DNA of 64,000 bases. Origin: Macrostomum hystrix (Eukaryota; Animalia; Platyhelminthes). Under the pieces are notes generated by a model. It was not told the DNA's origin. It did no database searches and saw only the letters and a program-made list of their open reading frames with translations. The position numbers were made by a program, and so were the translations under genes. Shown one piece after another: positions 39,401 to 52,931 of the stretch (positions are counted from its first letter, which is position 1; each line of letters starts with the position of its first letter). The stretch spans positions 16,926,001 through 16,990,000 of the forward strand of contig CATNEN010000039.1 of assembly GCA_950097015.1 (NCBI GenBank), given 5' to 3'.

Positions 39401-40618
39401 AATTGACGCTTCCAGGCAGTGTTGTTTGCTCATCCGCGGCGTTGGTTGCCATGAGAACAGACGGAGAGCGAGGCAGACAGCTCTTGGATCGTTTGCCTGC
39501 AACAGATGGGCAATATATATATGATTGACACATATACAACTATGCAGGTATGTCATAAAAATATATAGGGAACTGTAGGATTGGGAGAGCATCCGTTTTT
39601 ATCCCTGACCCTGGCCTGGAGTTCGAGAAAGTCTTAGTTCTTATGGATTGAGGTGTATGGCAGACGAGGCAGCTGAAATTTTTCTTCCCAATGTTTTATT
39701 GTTGAATCCCCTCCCCATATTATAGGGGATAAAACTCTACAAGGGGTGCGGGTGCCTTTGGAGTGTCGTGTTTTTCAACAAGGCACTCCATTTAGCTAAT
39801 AATGCAGCACGTGTATACATTTAAAACTGATCCTATATGTCCCACTTCCCAAAAGCAGCTGGACTCCCCTTTGAAGCAAACTGTGTGACCTATGTATAGG
39901 TGAAGTTGTTGTGAAAAACTTCAGATTTTTCGCTGAATATTTAACTTCGACCGCACAGTTTTATCAATAGCTAGACAAACAAGAGCTAGCTACGTTTCTA
40001 ACTCACATCGCGACTATGAAATTGCTTATGAGCATATGCTCAAGCTGCCCAGAGCATAGTAACGAAACATGTTAACAACTAAAATGAAACTATGGCAAAC
40101 AGAGACTCTATTTTTTCTTATGCTGTGATCAATCAAAGTTATCAAATAGATTGCTTTGCGGACCGGGGCGACAGATGAGGTCGAGGGGTGAAAAAAGGTG
40201 AGAAGGAAGAGACACTCTTAAGAAGTTTTTCTCTCAAGAAAGTCTGAAAATTAAAATTTTCTTTCTACTTACATTTGCTCCTAGTGGAAGCGCTGGACAT
40301 TGCTAGCACAGGCACCGGAAGGCGAAGACCCCGACGCTGTCTTAGCTGCTGCTGCTTCTGAGCCCGCCTGCGAGGCTGCGGCGAATCAAACGCAGAGTCC
40401 TCGTCAAAGATTGGCAGTTCAACTAGGAAGGCCAGCTGCACGCGGACCAGATCACGAAACTGCTCCGGCTGGCGACGCTTGAAGCAGCGAATGGCACTGA
40501 CGATGGCGCTGTCGGCTAGCTGACTGTCTGGCTCGAGGACGGCGTCTAGGCGGGCGCAGTAGGACAGGATGCCGGCCTGTTGAGTTGTGGCGAACATCGT
40601 TGGCGTCTGCTGTGCCAT
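36485..40618 (-). CDS. ARHGAP19: Rho GTPase-activating protein, ARHGAP19-like, 8 exons, 764 aa
   Basis: Exons (minus strand) 40618-40273, 39496-39344, 39213-38998, 38725-38460, 38366-38262, 38048-37581, 37463-37392, 37153-36485. All introns GT-AG, phases consistent, sum 2295 nt. RhoGAP motifs TEGIFRKTGN (arginine finger), HDVANVLK..EP, RMGADNLGTVFGPVL. N-terminal QPEQFRDLVRVQLAFLVELP resembles ARHGAP19 KPEIFTELVVSNITRLIDLP. RhoGAP is well supported; orthology is probable. Confidence 0.85.
38850..38945 (-). mobile_element. tRNA-derived SINE fragment in RhoGAP intron 3
   Basis: B box GGTTCGATTCC (minus, 38883-38893), degenerate A box, followed by GTTCACCCAGCTGTTAAATGGGTACC, a motif I recognise from invertebrate SINE central domains. 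Confidence 0.6.
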
Positions 40619-43035
40619 AGGATAGGCTGCTGAGCTAATTGTCCTTATCAGTGCTTCTAAATGTCAGAAATAAAAATAGCTTGATTAAAATATTGCGAGC
40701 AGTGGTGCTTTATTATTGTTTATTATGCGCTAACGCTTAATGGAGTCTTGGTCGTATTCCTGCCCCTCTTAATATAGTCTGGGGGAGGAAGGAGGTTGAC
40801 AAAGTGCGAAATGAACAAACGGAGGGGGAAGGCGCCCAGGCCTTGGTTGGTCCTTGGGCCAGTTTGGGGTGGTGGGCCTGGGGCCTTCTGTCTGTCCTGC
40901 GCGAGGCGCTAAAATTAGAGCGGGTGAAAGAACAGAGTGGGGTGTAAAATGTGCAAAGTTTTCGACTCAGCCTCTCTCATTGGCTGCGCTATTTTGTGCC
41001 TTGCTGTCCAATGGAATTCTGTTGAGAAAAAGTCTGCAAAAGTCTGAAAGTAAAAAAAACTGAATTCCAAGGGCAACATTTAGATTTCAGCACTTTATTG
41101 TGAATGTGCTAATTTTATATTAACGGAGTTGAATTTTAACAGAAATGGACTGAATAACACATTTTAATAAATGTGCAATGATAAGTGATGACAATTTGTC
41201 ACTAAAATTCCATGTTCGGTGTGAACACAAATTGTACATCAAGTGTGACCGTTAAAAGGAAAGCTAAACCGTATTTTACTGTAACATTATGTGGATTGTG
41301 GAAATATTTTATGCTTAATGCTTAGTAGCTACGTTTCATTAAAGTACACGAAAGGATTGCACCAGGAAGTAGGGGCTGTAGCCTATAGTGCTTAGAGCGA
41401 ATTGAATTGGTAATGCTATGCTTTTTATCAGTCAGCAGAATCTATAACGCTCTCTATTGATTTCAGGTATATTTCCATGTTAGATAAGCAATAAGCATCA
41501 TCATAGGTCTGTGTTCAATCAGACTTAATTTGCAGAATTAAAAGGGTCAACAATTTTTCCTAGTCAAGTCAAGTCACGATTCTTATTGAAGGCAAAGTCA
41601 GCTGTTATACTATACCAATCGAGCCCACATCTATGATACTCTGTATCTGTATGTGGGTTTTACCTGTCTCCAGGTGCCAGACACTGACCGCTTGGAGATT
41701 GGAAGCATCAATGCTTGGGCCATGGTCATCTGGTCTATCATATTTAGTGGCTAAAATAGAGCAATAATATATCGGCACGTTGGATCAACACCTCGCACGG
41801 ATGACTGACAATGATGACGCTGCTATATAATCAGCGGTGCCACCGAATATCATTATGGTTAGATGGAGAAGCTGATGATGCAATCAGAATGGGCATTCGG
41901 TTGCGATGGACCCCAGCTCAGACTCGCCTTCTTGACTTATAGACAGGTTGTCATCGAAGCCATATAGTCCTTTACTGTGTATAGATTACACAGTGCCTTC
42001 CGCAATGCCCCGCATCCATGATGGTCTCAGAATCTCATTGCAGCTGCCCGCCTTAGTTTGGGCCTCATCAATGACTTAGCGAGGACATTGCGCCTGTCAT
42101 AGATTTATACTATTGGCCCCTAGAAACTAGTTATGATATCGAGCTCTCTATATGACGACATATTAGTTGCGTCAATGTGTAATCAACCTTATATTTTAAT
42201 GAGCTAGAAATATAAATAATGTTTACACTAAAAGTCCTTTCAAATATTATAATACAGCATAGGATTGTTAGATATAGGTATGAAACATGTTAAAAAAGCT
42301 CAATTTAATTAGTAACTCTAACAGGTGACGTGTCAGAAGTCGTATTATTCTATATAAGTATAACATAAGTGTTAAATCCATTGTTAATTTCTATTTCTTT
42401 AAGCCAATAATATGCTAATAATAGTATCAGTGTGCAAAGTTAACCAGCTCTATTGTTTGTTAATTCGCGTGCGGACTTTCCTGAGGCCTATAAGGAAATT
42501 CGATGCAATGTCCATCACAGCAGGAGCCACACCCCACGGTCGGTTCTCTTGTGCGCGAGGAGGGATTTCAAAATCAAATTGTTTATTTCTTGAATTAGAA
42601 TATTATAAGACGTAGTGTTCATTGTATACAGTATGTTATCGTATAGTCTTGACACTTTAATCTCATTTGTTTATTCCATACCTGCAGCTTGTGTATAATG
42701 TATAGGTTAATTAATCTAATAAGGCCTCACGTGTCAGCACAGGTGTCGGACAATTAAGGAAGCCGCATGCATGTCCCATAAGTATCTTAAATTAAACTTT
42801 GACACTGCCACTGCCATTGGTTGATGCATTGTGTTAGCAAAACAAGGAACAGTGTGGACCCACCTGGGCCACAGCAGCGGCGGCATGTGCCCTTTGATGT
42901 GTGACGGTGTTTCTTGTAATATTTAATTATCCTATTATGTACATGCAAATAAAATTATTGCATTTACATGTATACTCTACAAATTTAAAGACCGGAAATG
43001 GAAAACAATTAATAAATAATCAAACTAAGGAACCT

Positions 43036-43870
43036 TCAAGTTAACGAATTATCAAGTTAACGAACTATCAAGTTAACGAACTATCAAGTTAACGAACTAT
43101 CAAGTTAACGAACTATCAAGTTAACGAACTATCAAGTTAACGAACTATCAAGTTAACGAACTATCAAGTTAACGAACTATCAAGTTAACGAACTATCAAG
43201 TTAACGAACTATCAAGTTAACGAACTATCAAGTTAACGAACTATCAAGTTAACGAACTATCAAGTTAACGAACTATCAAGTTAACGAACTATCAAGTTAA
43301 CGAACTATCAAGTTAACGAACTATCAAGTTAACGAACTATCAAGTTAACGAACTATCAAGTTAACGAACTATCAAGTTAACGAACTATCAAGTTAACGAA
43401 CTATCAAGTTAACGAACTATCAAGTTAACGAACTATCAAGTTAACGAACTATCAAGTTAACGAACTATCAAGTTAACGAACTATCAAGTTAACGAACTAT
43501 CAAGTTAACGAACTATCAAGTTAACGAACTATCAAGTTAACGAACTATCAAGTTAACGAACTATCAAGTTAACGAACTATCAAGTTAACGAACTATCAAG
43601 TTAACGAACTATCAAGTTAACGAACTATCAAGTTAACGAACTATCAAGTTAACGAACTATCAAGTTAACGAACTATCAAGTTAACGAACTATCAAGTTAA
43701 CGAACTATCAAGTTAACGAACTATCAAGTTAACGAACTATCAAGTTAACGAACTATCAAGTTAACGAACTATCAAGTTAACGAACTATCAAGTTAACGAA
43801 CTATCAAGTTAACGAACTATCAAGTTAACGAACTATCAAGTTAACGAACTATCAAGTTAACGAACTATCG
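43036..43870. repeat. 16-bp essentially perfect minisatellite ATCAAGTTAACGAACT
   Basis: About 52 units with no visible variant after the first; GTTAAC core. Confidence 0.97.
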
Positions 43871-44449
43871 AACTATCGAGCAGTGAGCACTCTTTTGTTT
43901 GATATTCCAGTTTGACCGATCGATCTCTAGCTTGATGTTGCCCAGTTACCTAAAAATGAATTCATAGCCAGGTGCATATAGGTCAAAGTATAATTATGAG
44001 TTTTACAACACACTACAAGACAAGACAATGCATGGGTAATGGACATGGGGTGCTGTCTTGTCCAAGTGTCAACATGGAGCACAGACCTGTACATTGCTCA
44101 AATCTCAAAAAGTGGCAACTCGAAAGTCAAAACCTGCTAAATGATAGGTATTCCACCATTATAGAGCCTAGGATTGTTACACGTCTAACAGTCATCAATC
44201 AACCTGATTTCGTCTTTGTAATCCATGCACAAAGTAGAGACAATGGCTCAAAGCAATATGATCATGCCTTATTTGTAGAGAACGAAATGTGATTTCATAT
44301 TTTACTTTCAACTGGCTCTACTCGTTCTGAACCATGGGACACATTTAGTTTAACGTTGTACCGCAATGGCTATTATAGGATGAGGATAAAATAAGGATAA
44401 TTTTAGGAATGGATTGTGGACAGGATTACAACAGAATCATAGATAAGAT

Positions 44450-45540
44450 CTCTCCCGTCACATCTCTCCCCTCTATCGTCACCCCTGTATTATCTCTCCC
44501 CAGTCTCATCTCTCCCCTGTATTATCTCTCTCCAGTCTCATCTCTCCCCTGTAGTATCTCTCCCCAGTCTCATCTCTCCCCTGTATTATCTCTCCCCAGT
44601 CTCATCTCTCCCCTGTATTATCTCTCTCCAGTCTCATCTCTCCCCTGTATTATCTCTCTCCAGTCTCATCTCTCCCCTGTAGTATCTCTCCCCTGTAGTA
44701 TCTCTCCCCAGTCTCATCTCTCCCCTGTATTATCTCTCTCCAGTCTCATCTCTCCCCTGTAGTATCTCTCCCCTGTAGTATCTCTCCCCAGTCTCATCTC
44801 TCTCCTGTATTATCTCTCTCCAGTCTCATCTCTCCCCTGTATTATCTCTCCCCAGTCTCATCTCTCCCCTGTATTATCTCTCCCCAGTCTCATCTCTCCC
44901 CTGTAGTATCTCTCCCCAGTCTCATCTCTCCCCTGTATTATCTCTCCCCAGTCTCATCTCTCCCCTGTATTATCTCTCTCCAGTCTCATCTCTCCCCTGT
45001 ATTATCTCTCTCCAGTCTCATCTCTCCCCTGTAGTATCTCTCCCCTGTAGTATCTCTCCCCAGTCTCATCTCTCCCCTGTATTATCTCTCTCCAGTCTCA
45101 TCTCTCCCCTGTAGTATCTCTCCCCTGTAGTATCTCTCCCCAGTCTCATCTCTCCCCTGTATTATCTCTCTCCAGTCTCATCTCTCCCCTGTAGTATCTC
45201 TCCCCTGTAGTATCTCTCCCCAGTCTCATCTCTCCCCTGTATTATCTCTCCCCAGTCTCATCTCTCCCCTGTAGTATCTCTCCCCAGTCTCATCTCTCCC
45301 CTGTATTATCTCTCCCCAGTCTCATCTCTCCCTGTATTATCTCTCTCCAGTCTCATCTCTCCCCTGTATTATCTCTCTCCAGTCTCATCTCTCCCCTGTA
45401 TTATCTCTCTCCAGTCTCATCTCTCCCCTGTATTATCTCTCTCCAGTCTCATCTCTCCCCTGTATTATCTCTCTCCAGTCTCATCTCTCCCCTGTAGTAT
45501 CTCTCCCCAGTCTCATCTCTCTCCAGTGTCATCTCTCCTT
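44450..45540. repeat. 32-bp dimeric minisatellite TCTCATCTCTCCCCTGTATTATCTCTCCCCAG
   Basis: Dimer derivative of the 16-bp family. Confidence 0.95.
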
Positions 45541-47269
45541 GTGGAAAAGATTGCATGATTGTGGACAAGATAAGGACAGGATTTTGACAAGATTTAAGAC
45601 AGGGTTGTGGACTAGATTAGGGTAGGGTTGTAGATCAGATAAGATAAGGACAGGATTTTGACAAGATTTAAGACAGGGTTGTGGACTAGATTAGGGTAGG
45701 GTTGTAGATAAGATGAGGACAGGATTGTGGACAAGATGTTGGATTATTTTAAGGATATGTACTTTTTTACCTTCTATTTATGTGTTTTTTTTCGCCAAAT
45801 AGAAAGAACAAGCGAACTTGAGAATGATGACAAGCTTGTCATGTCATGAAAACCAACAATCAAGACATCATATTTTACTAGTTTCTTATGTTAAAGAACA
45901 TACTAGATATCTTATCTGTACGCTTAATCACTTAGAGCTCATGTTTTATTGCGTGCAGGTTCAGATTATAAAAAAGGGAACAAAAATAAATGATTTCCAA
46001 GTTCAGTTTAGAATAAACTTGAAAATATTTTGACTTGAGCAAACAGGTCAATTATACTCATAGAACGTCACCTGGTAGTTCATCATAACAGAGTCGAGGA
46101 AAGCACGCAATGGTATACCTAAGTTATATCGCGCTGTGTGCCTTAAGATGCTCCAACTTGTCAAAAAGACCATTTATAATAGGCCTGACCTTATCTATAA
46201 CAGCCCAATTATCGTCAGTAAAGTTTATTAGAATGATAATAACAGTGAATTGTCTAGTGGGACAGCCCCATTATTAGAGCCGTTATAGCTCGTATGAAGT
46301 GAAAGTTGAATGACTTTGTCTGTTTGACATTATAAAGATAATTTCAGGTGAAAATACCACCAATAGATTACTAGCTTTAGTTTTTTTACTTTCCTCTTGA
46401 AGTCAGATCACAAAAATGTGTCCGTTGTCCAAATCTGCTCAAAGGTGATTTGAGTAATTATTCCTCTACTAAACGGCACGGCAACTCAACTGCTTTGGAG
46501 ACCAAATCCTCATCTTAGTATTCCCATATTTAATCCTCATTTAAGCTGGGAGGATTTTCGCCTTGAAAATCAGTTGAACTTTCACAAATTTCTAATTGAA
46601 TCGCTTATCGCCATTTTCAAATAATTCCCAATCCCTACATTTCTCATTGTTCTTCAGTCAGACCAACTTAAATGGCTGTCAATTTTCGATCTCTGTCTGC
46701 ATTGAAAACTATAGAAATTCAAGTGGTTAAATTTATTTTAATATCTTCACATTTGGTGGCCATCCTTTACATTGATCCTATATTGGGATAAATTGTCTCT
46801 ATACAAAATTTATCCCGAAAATTGCTTGCCCTAGGGCCACGCCAGCAACTCAGAATATTGTTGTTGTCACGCACCGTTGCAGAAAGAAGACTTGAAACCA
46901 GTTTTCATGCCGTGGAAGCAACAGATTTCACAAGATTTCTTGTTGCCATTCGTTTTCATGCCTCTGTTTCGTCCACTAATGAAACATCTCAAATATGCTT
47001 TTACCTGGGCACTTACCTGTTTCAATTCGACCGAGACACATAATATTCATACATTCATAACTCTATGCTTTGTGTGCTGAGCTAACTGCTCACACTCGAC
47101 ATGCATGCGGGTCAATATGGATCAGTGCGGTCCACTGCCAGGGCCTCAGGGTTAGTTGCCAACCCAACTGACCACTCTGCGATTCTCAATGGAATTCATT
47201 TCCGTAGCGATCCAATTCATTATCGATATTTGATAATTGCCACAGAAGGACTTAATAGGAAGTCTTACC

Positions 47270-47790
47270 TGAGAGATGAGACAGGGGAGAGAGATGAGAC
47301 AGGAGAGAGATGAGACAGGAGAGAGATGAGACAGGGGAGAGATGAGACAGGGGAGAGATGAGACAGGGGAGAGATGAGACAGGGGAGAGATGAGACACGG
47401 GAGAGATGAGACAGGGGAGAGATGAGACAGGGGAGAGATGAGACAGGGGAGAGATGAGATAGGAGAGAGATGAGACAGGGGAGAGATGAGACAGGAGAGA
47501 GATGAGACAGGGGAGAGATGAGACAGGAGAGAGATGAGACAGGGGAGAGATGAGACAGGGGAGAGATGAGATAGGAGAGAGATGAGACAGGGGAGAGATG
47601 AGACAGGAGAGAGATGAGACAGGGGAGAGATGAGACACGAGAGATATGAGACAGGGGAGAGATGAGACAGGGGAGAGATGAGACAGGAGAGAGATGAGAC
47701 AGGAGAGAGATGAGACAGGGGAGAGATGAGACAGGGGAGAGATGAGACAGGAGAGAGATGAGACAGGGGAGATGAGACAGGGGAGAGGAA
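47270..47790. repeat. 16-bp minisatellite GAGATGAGACAGGGGA
   Basis: Tandem units, opposite orientation to 44450-45540. Confidence 0.95.
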
Positions 47791-48384
47791 ATAAATGAGA
47801 AATCCCACCTATCATTTGGACTTTATCCGAGACTTAACATGTTTCCTAGCATCAAAATATACCTATAAATTAGGGTAAGCTCAAAACATTGTGGAATTCT
47901 CTAGTTAATTCCAGTTGCAAATAAGGTAGGGTTGAGCCCTTTTTTTACACTTTTTTCTTACTGCCCCTCTGACTCTGCTCAGGAGAGAGTAGAGATAATT
48001 GTGAAGCTTGGACACGTCAGTTTCACCTATAGATAGCCAATCTAAATTCTCACATCACGCAGCGTTTTTTGCGCCTGGGGCGATGAGAATGCTTGAGTAC
48101 AGTCCTGGCTGGGATTAGCAACGACTTTGTAGCTTGCAAGCTTGGCATGCACAGGTATTTACAGGTACCCTGTTGTTTTATTGCATGCCTGAGCACTGCA
48201 TGCATCGGAATAAGTGCAATTCTGAAAATCTCCTGGTGACTTTGAACTGTGTCAAAACTAAGGCACATTCTACGAAAACCCTGGAGGCAGTTGAAATCGC
48301 TTAGTCTGTCAGTCTCGCACCTCAGACTGACTGGTGGACTGCCAAATCTCAGCGCTACTGGCTGTCCGCGGCACAGACAATCTC

Positions 48385-49775
48385 TCTCCTGTCTTTCCTC
48401 TCTCTTCCCTCTCTCTTCCGACTTCCCTCTTCCCTCTTCCCTCTTCCCTCTCTCTTCCGACTTCCCTCCAATTCCCTCTTCCCTCTTCCCTCTTCCCTCT
48501 TCCCTCTTCCCTCTTCCCTCTTCCCTCTTCCCTCTTCCCTCTTCCCTCTTCTCTCTTCCCTCTTCACTCTTCCCTCTTCCCTCTCTCATTCTTCCCTCTC
48601 TCATTCTTCCCTCTCTCATTCTTCCCTCTCTCATTCTTCTCTTTTCCCTCTTCCCTCTTCCCTCTTCCCTCTCTCATTCTTCCCTCTTCTCTCTTCCCTC
48701 TTCCCTCTTCCCTATTCCCTCTCTCATTCTTCTCTTTTGCCTCTTCCCTCTTCCCTCTTCCCTCTTCCCTCTCTCATTATTCCCTCTTCTCTCTTCCCTC
48801 TTCCCTCTTCCCTATTCCCTCTCTCATTCTTCTCTTTTGCCTCTTCCCTCTTCCCTCTTCCCTCTTCCCTCTTCCCTCTTCCCTCTTCCCTCTTCCCTCT
48901 TCCCTCTTCCCTCTTCCCTCTTCCCTCTTCCCTCTTCCCTCTTCCCTCTTCCCTCTTCCCTCTTCCCTCTTCCCTCTTCCCTCTTCCCCCTTCCCTCTTC
49001 CCTCTTCCCTCTTCCCTCTTACCTCCCTCATTCTTCCCTCTTCTCTCTTCCCTCTTCCCTCTTTCCTCATCTCTCTTCCCTCTTCCATCTTCCCTCTTCC
49101 CTCTTCCCTCTTCCCTCTTCCCTCTTCCCTCATCTCTCTTCCCTCTTCCCTCTTCCCTCTTCCCTCTTCCCTCTTCCCTCTTCCCTCTTCCCTCTTTCCT
49201 CATCTCTCTTCCCTCTTCCCTCTTCCCTCTTCCCTCTTCCCTCTTCCCTCTCTCATTCTTCCCTCTTCTCTCTTCCCTCTTCCCTCTTCCCTATTCCCTC
49301 TCTCATTCTTCTCTTTTGCCTCTTCCCTCTTCCCTCTTCCCTCTTCCCTCTTCCCTCTTCCCTCTTCCCTCTTCTCTCTTCCCTCTTCCCTCTTCCCTCT
49401 TCCCTCTCTCATTCTTCCCTCTCTCATTCTTCCCTCTCTCATTCTTCCCTCTCTCATTCTTCTCTTTTCCCTCTTCCCTCTTCCCTCTTCCCTCTCTCAT
49501 TCTTCCCTCTTCTCTCTTCCCTCTTCCCTCTTCCCTATTCCCTCTCTCATTCTTCTCTTTTGCCTCTTCCCTCTTCCCTCTTCCCTCTTCTCTCATCCCT
49601 CTTCCCTCTTCCCTCTTCCCTCTTCCCTCTTCTCTCATCCCTCTTCCCTCTTCCCTCTTCTCTCATCCCTCTTCCCTCTTCCCTCTTCTCTCATCCCTCT
49701 TCCCTCTTCTCTCATCCCTCTTCCCTCTTCCCTCTTCTCTCATCCCTCTTCCCTCTTTCCTCTCTCTTCCCACTT
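48385..49775. repeat. Polypyrimidine 7-bp repeat (CTTCCCT)n with variants
   Basis: Source of the 559/500/408-aa spurious ORFs. Confidence 0.95.
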
Positions 49776-50324
49776 TACTATTTTATTCCTTGCTCTCTCT
49801 TTACTCTCGTTTCTCCTCTCTATCTTTACACTTTAGATGCTGTCATTATCCCTCTTCCCTCTCTCATTCTCCATTTCAGCTCATTTATTTACATCCTGAC
49901 GCACTATTTTATCTTATTACTAATCTAACCAGTGCTCACTCTCTCTTCCTGTCTTTTGTCTAAACAGATTTGAGCCTATTCTATGCAACCGTATCAAAGA
50001 TAAGATAAAAATATCCATCTGGCGCAGTTTGTTTAATTAAACAAAGAGTTTTCAGTCTTTGTTGACTCTTTAACTCCGATTCCCATTCCATTTTCTTATT
50101 CGTCCGGGTGAGTTGCGCAACATGGCAACCTGAAGATAAAAATGCCTGCAGCAAAAAACTGCATCTAAAAAGCGGAAATGCCCATATTGACATTTGTTAG
50201 AACAATCAACAGTCAAATTTCAGGTCCGCTTGTCAAGAAAGAGCGGGCCTTTAAAAAAATGGAGGAACACTTTGTTTGCTTTGCAGCAACCAAGGACTGA
50301 CTTTTTAGCCTCTAGGAGCTGGGG

Positions 50325-50825
50325 AGAGAACTCAGGTAAGAGAACTCAGGAAATATAACTCGGGAAAGAGAACTCAGAAAGAGAACTCACGTAAGAGAGA
50401 ACTCAGAAAGAGAACTCACGTAAGAGAGAACTCAGAAAGAGAACTCACGTAAGAGAGAACTCAGAAAGAGAACTCACGTAAGAGAGAACTCAGAAAGAGA
50501 ACTCAGGTAAGAGAACTCAGGTAAGAGAACTCAGGTAAGAGAACTCAGGTGAGAGAACTCAGGTGAGAGAACTCAGGTAAGAGAACTCAGGTAAGAGAAC
50601 TCAGGTAAGAGAACTCAGGTAAGAGAACTCAGGTAAGAGAACTCAGGTAAGAGAACTCAGGTAAGAGAACTCAGGTAAGAGAACTCAGGTAAGAGAACTC
50701 AGGTAAGAGAACTCAGGTAAGAGAACTCAGGTAAAAGAACTCAGGTAAAAGAACTGAGGTAAAAGCGAACTCAGGTAAAAGAACTCAGGTAAAAGAACTC
50801 AGGTAAAAGAACTCAGGTAAAAGAA
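50325..50825. repeat. 14-bp minisatellite GAGAACTCAGGTAA
   Basis: Tandem units with a dimeric variant at the 5' end. Confidence 0.95.
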
Positions 50826-51021
50826 AAAGTGCTGAAAAGACAACTCATTGAAGAAAAATAAAAAGATGTAAAAAATCTTAAGATTTCCATTTCTGAAAGA
50901 CATTCTTCTGTCCTTCCTTCTTTCTTTATTGATTTTTCAGCCAACTGTCTGGTAGGTAGGTTTTTTATTTAATTATGATTGCCCAAAGTCTTCTGAAATT
51001 CCTTCATTTAGAAATTAGCTA

Positions 51022-51059
<38 letters not shown>

Positions 51060-51883
51060 AAGACACTAACAGTAATTGACAAGCCAAAATGCTATAACTA
51101 AAGCGGAAGCAGAGATTCCTCAGCTAAAACACCTGACTCGATTTCGTCTTTTCTGCTTTCAAACTGCTGCGAATTGTTATTTTGAAGTCTTTGTTGGTGA
51201 TTTCTTTGTTTCTAGATATCCGAAGGCCTTATGCAGAAAGTTAGTCTTTCATTATTAGGACAGCAAGGCACCTGCTGCAGCTGCTGCAGGGAATGCACGT
51301 CTCCTTCTAGAAGATATAAGCTGAACTTAGTCAAAGTTTGAAATAAAAGCTGCTATCATGGAACGCCATCAAAATTTGCTGTTTTAAACAAAATATGGCA
51401 TTATATATTCTATATTAGGTTTGTTTTCTCCTTCGACATGAACGAAAGTCAGACGACACACGAGTGTCAGCCTAGACAGGTGCATGCGAGGTCACAGATT
51501 TTTTGTTTTAATACATTTCGATTTTCACCTTTAGTTCAGAACTATCATATGGAAGAATTTTCGTCACCTAAACTGTTAGTTTTGATTGAAATCTGTTAGA
51601 TAGCACCTTTTTTTCTTCGAGAAAATGTGTCAAAATAACAAGTTCGCACCTGTCTGTGAAACCGTTGTGTCTTTAGAAATGCGTTTTCTTTGAAGCGTCA
51701 AAATAAAATTACATGATGCGAAAAAGGCACATAAACCCTATAACAAAGTTAATCAGTAGATTTTAGCAGAAAAAATTTCCACGCTATACTATACTTAAAG
51801 TAGCTAATGCATCTATTCTTTAGAAATTGAGTGAATTCCTTGAGGAATTGAGGAATATGAAAGAATTCTCACATCATATAAAA

Positions 51884-52340
51884 TGGGAAGATAAGGGATG
51901 TGAAGACAAGGGATGGGAAGATAAGGGATTGGAAGATAAAGGAGGGGAATATAAGGGATGGGAATATAAGGGATGGGAATATAAGGGATGGAAAGATAAG
52001 GGTTGGGAAGATGAGGGAAGGAAAGATAAGGGCTGGGAATATAAGGGATGGGAAGATAAGGGATCGGGATATAGGGGGTGGGAAAATAAGAGAGAGGAAG
52101 ATAAGGGATAGGAAGATAAAGGGTGGGAAGATAAGGGGTGGGAAGATAAGGGGTGGGAAGATAAGGGGTGGGAAGATAAGGGGTGGGAAGATAAGGGGTG
52201 GGAAGATAAGGGGTGGGAAGATAAGAGATAGGAAGATAAGGGATTGAAGGATAAAGGGTGGGAAGATAAGGGGTGGGAAGATAAGGGGTGGGAAGATATG
52301 GGGTGCGAAGATGAGGGATGGGTAGAGACAGGATGGGAAG
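51884..52340. repeat. 15-bp minisatellite GGGAAGATAAGGGGT
   Basis: Tandem units upstream of the second receptor gene. Confidence 0.9.
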
Positions 52341-52606
52341 GTAAATGATTTGAAGAGATGGGTTAGGAAGGGATGGGGATGTACGAGTAAATGTGGGTTT
52401 GTACGAATCATGTTTGGTTTTAAAAATCAAACTAGCCTACTGAAAGTAGGCATGTATTTTTTAACAACAATGTTTTTTTTAATTTTTCCTTTCCATCGCT
52501 TATTGGTCAACGGTGTCCAGCAGTTTTCAAGAAAGAAAATAAGGTATATAATTTTGTGTTTCAATTTCGATTCGTTAAATTATTCTGAATTGAAGCAATT
52601 CCAGCA

Positions 52607-52864
52607 ATGATAATGAGCAGTTTCATAGCGATTTTTATTCTATTTTTAACAAACACAAATGTCTCATCGCTCAGACTGGCTATTCTGGCGCAGAGCGATG
52701 CGGTGACAGAGGAAACATTGCGATTTACCGTTGACAGGCTTGTCAAGCTTGACAGAAACATCTTTCCTGACGCAGTGAATCTATCACTGGACTATGAGAT
52801 CTTCTGGTCGTTACAACCGGACGCATTTCTGAGTGTCGCAAAGGGTAGGTAGAAAAACAGACAC

Positions 52865-52899
<35 letters not shown>

Positions 52900-52900
52900 C

Positions 52901-52931
<31 letters not shown>

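Noticed and set aside
40979-41012. Two CCAAT boxes upstream of the RhoGAP gene
   Set aside because: Five-base motifs with an unknown transcription start are too weak to call a promoter
41630-42110. GC-richer island, possibly a decayed transposon coding region
   Set aside because: No long ORF and no motif I can identify
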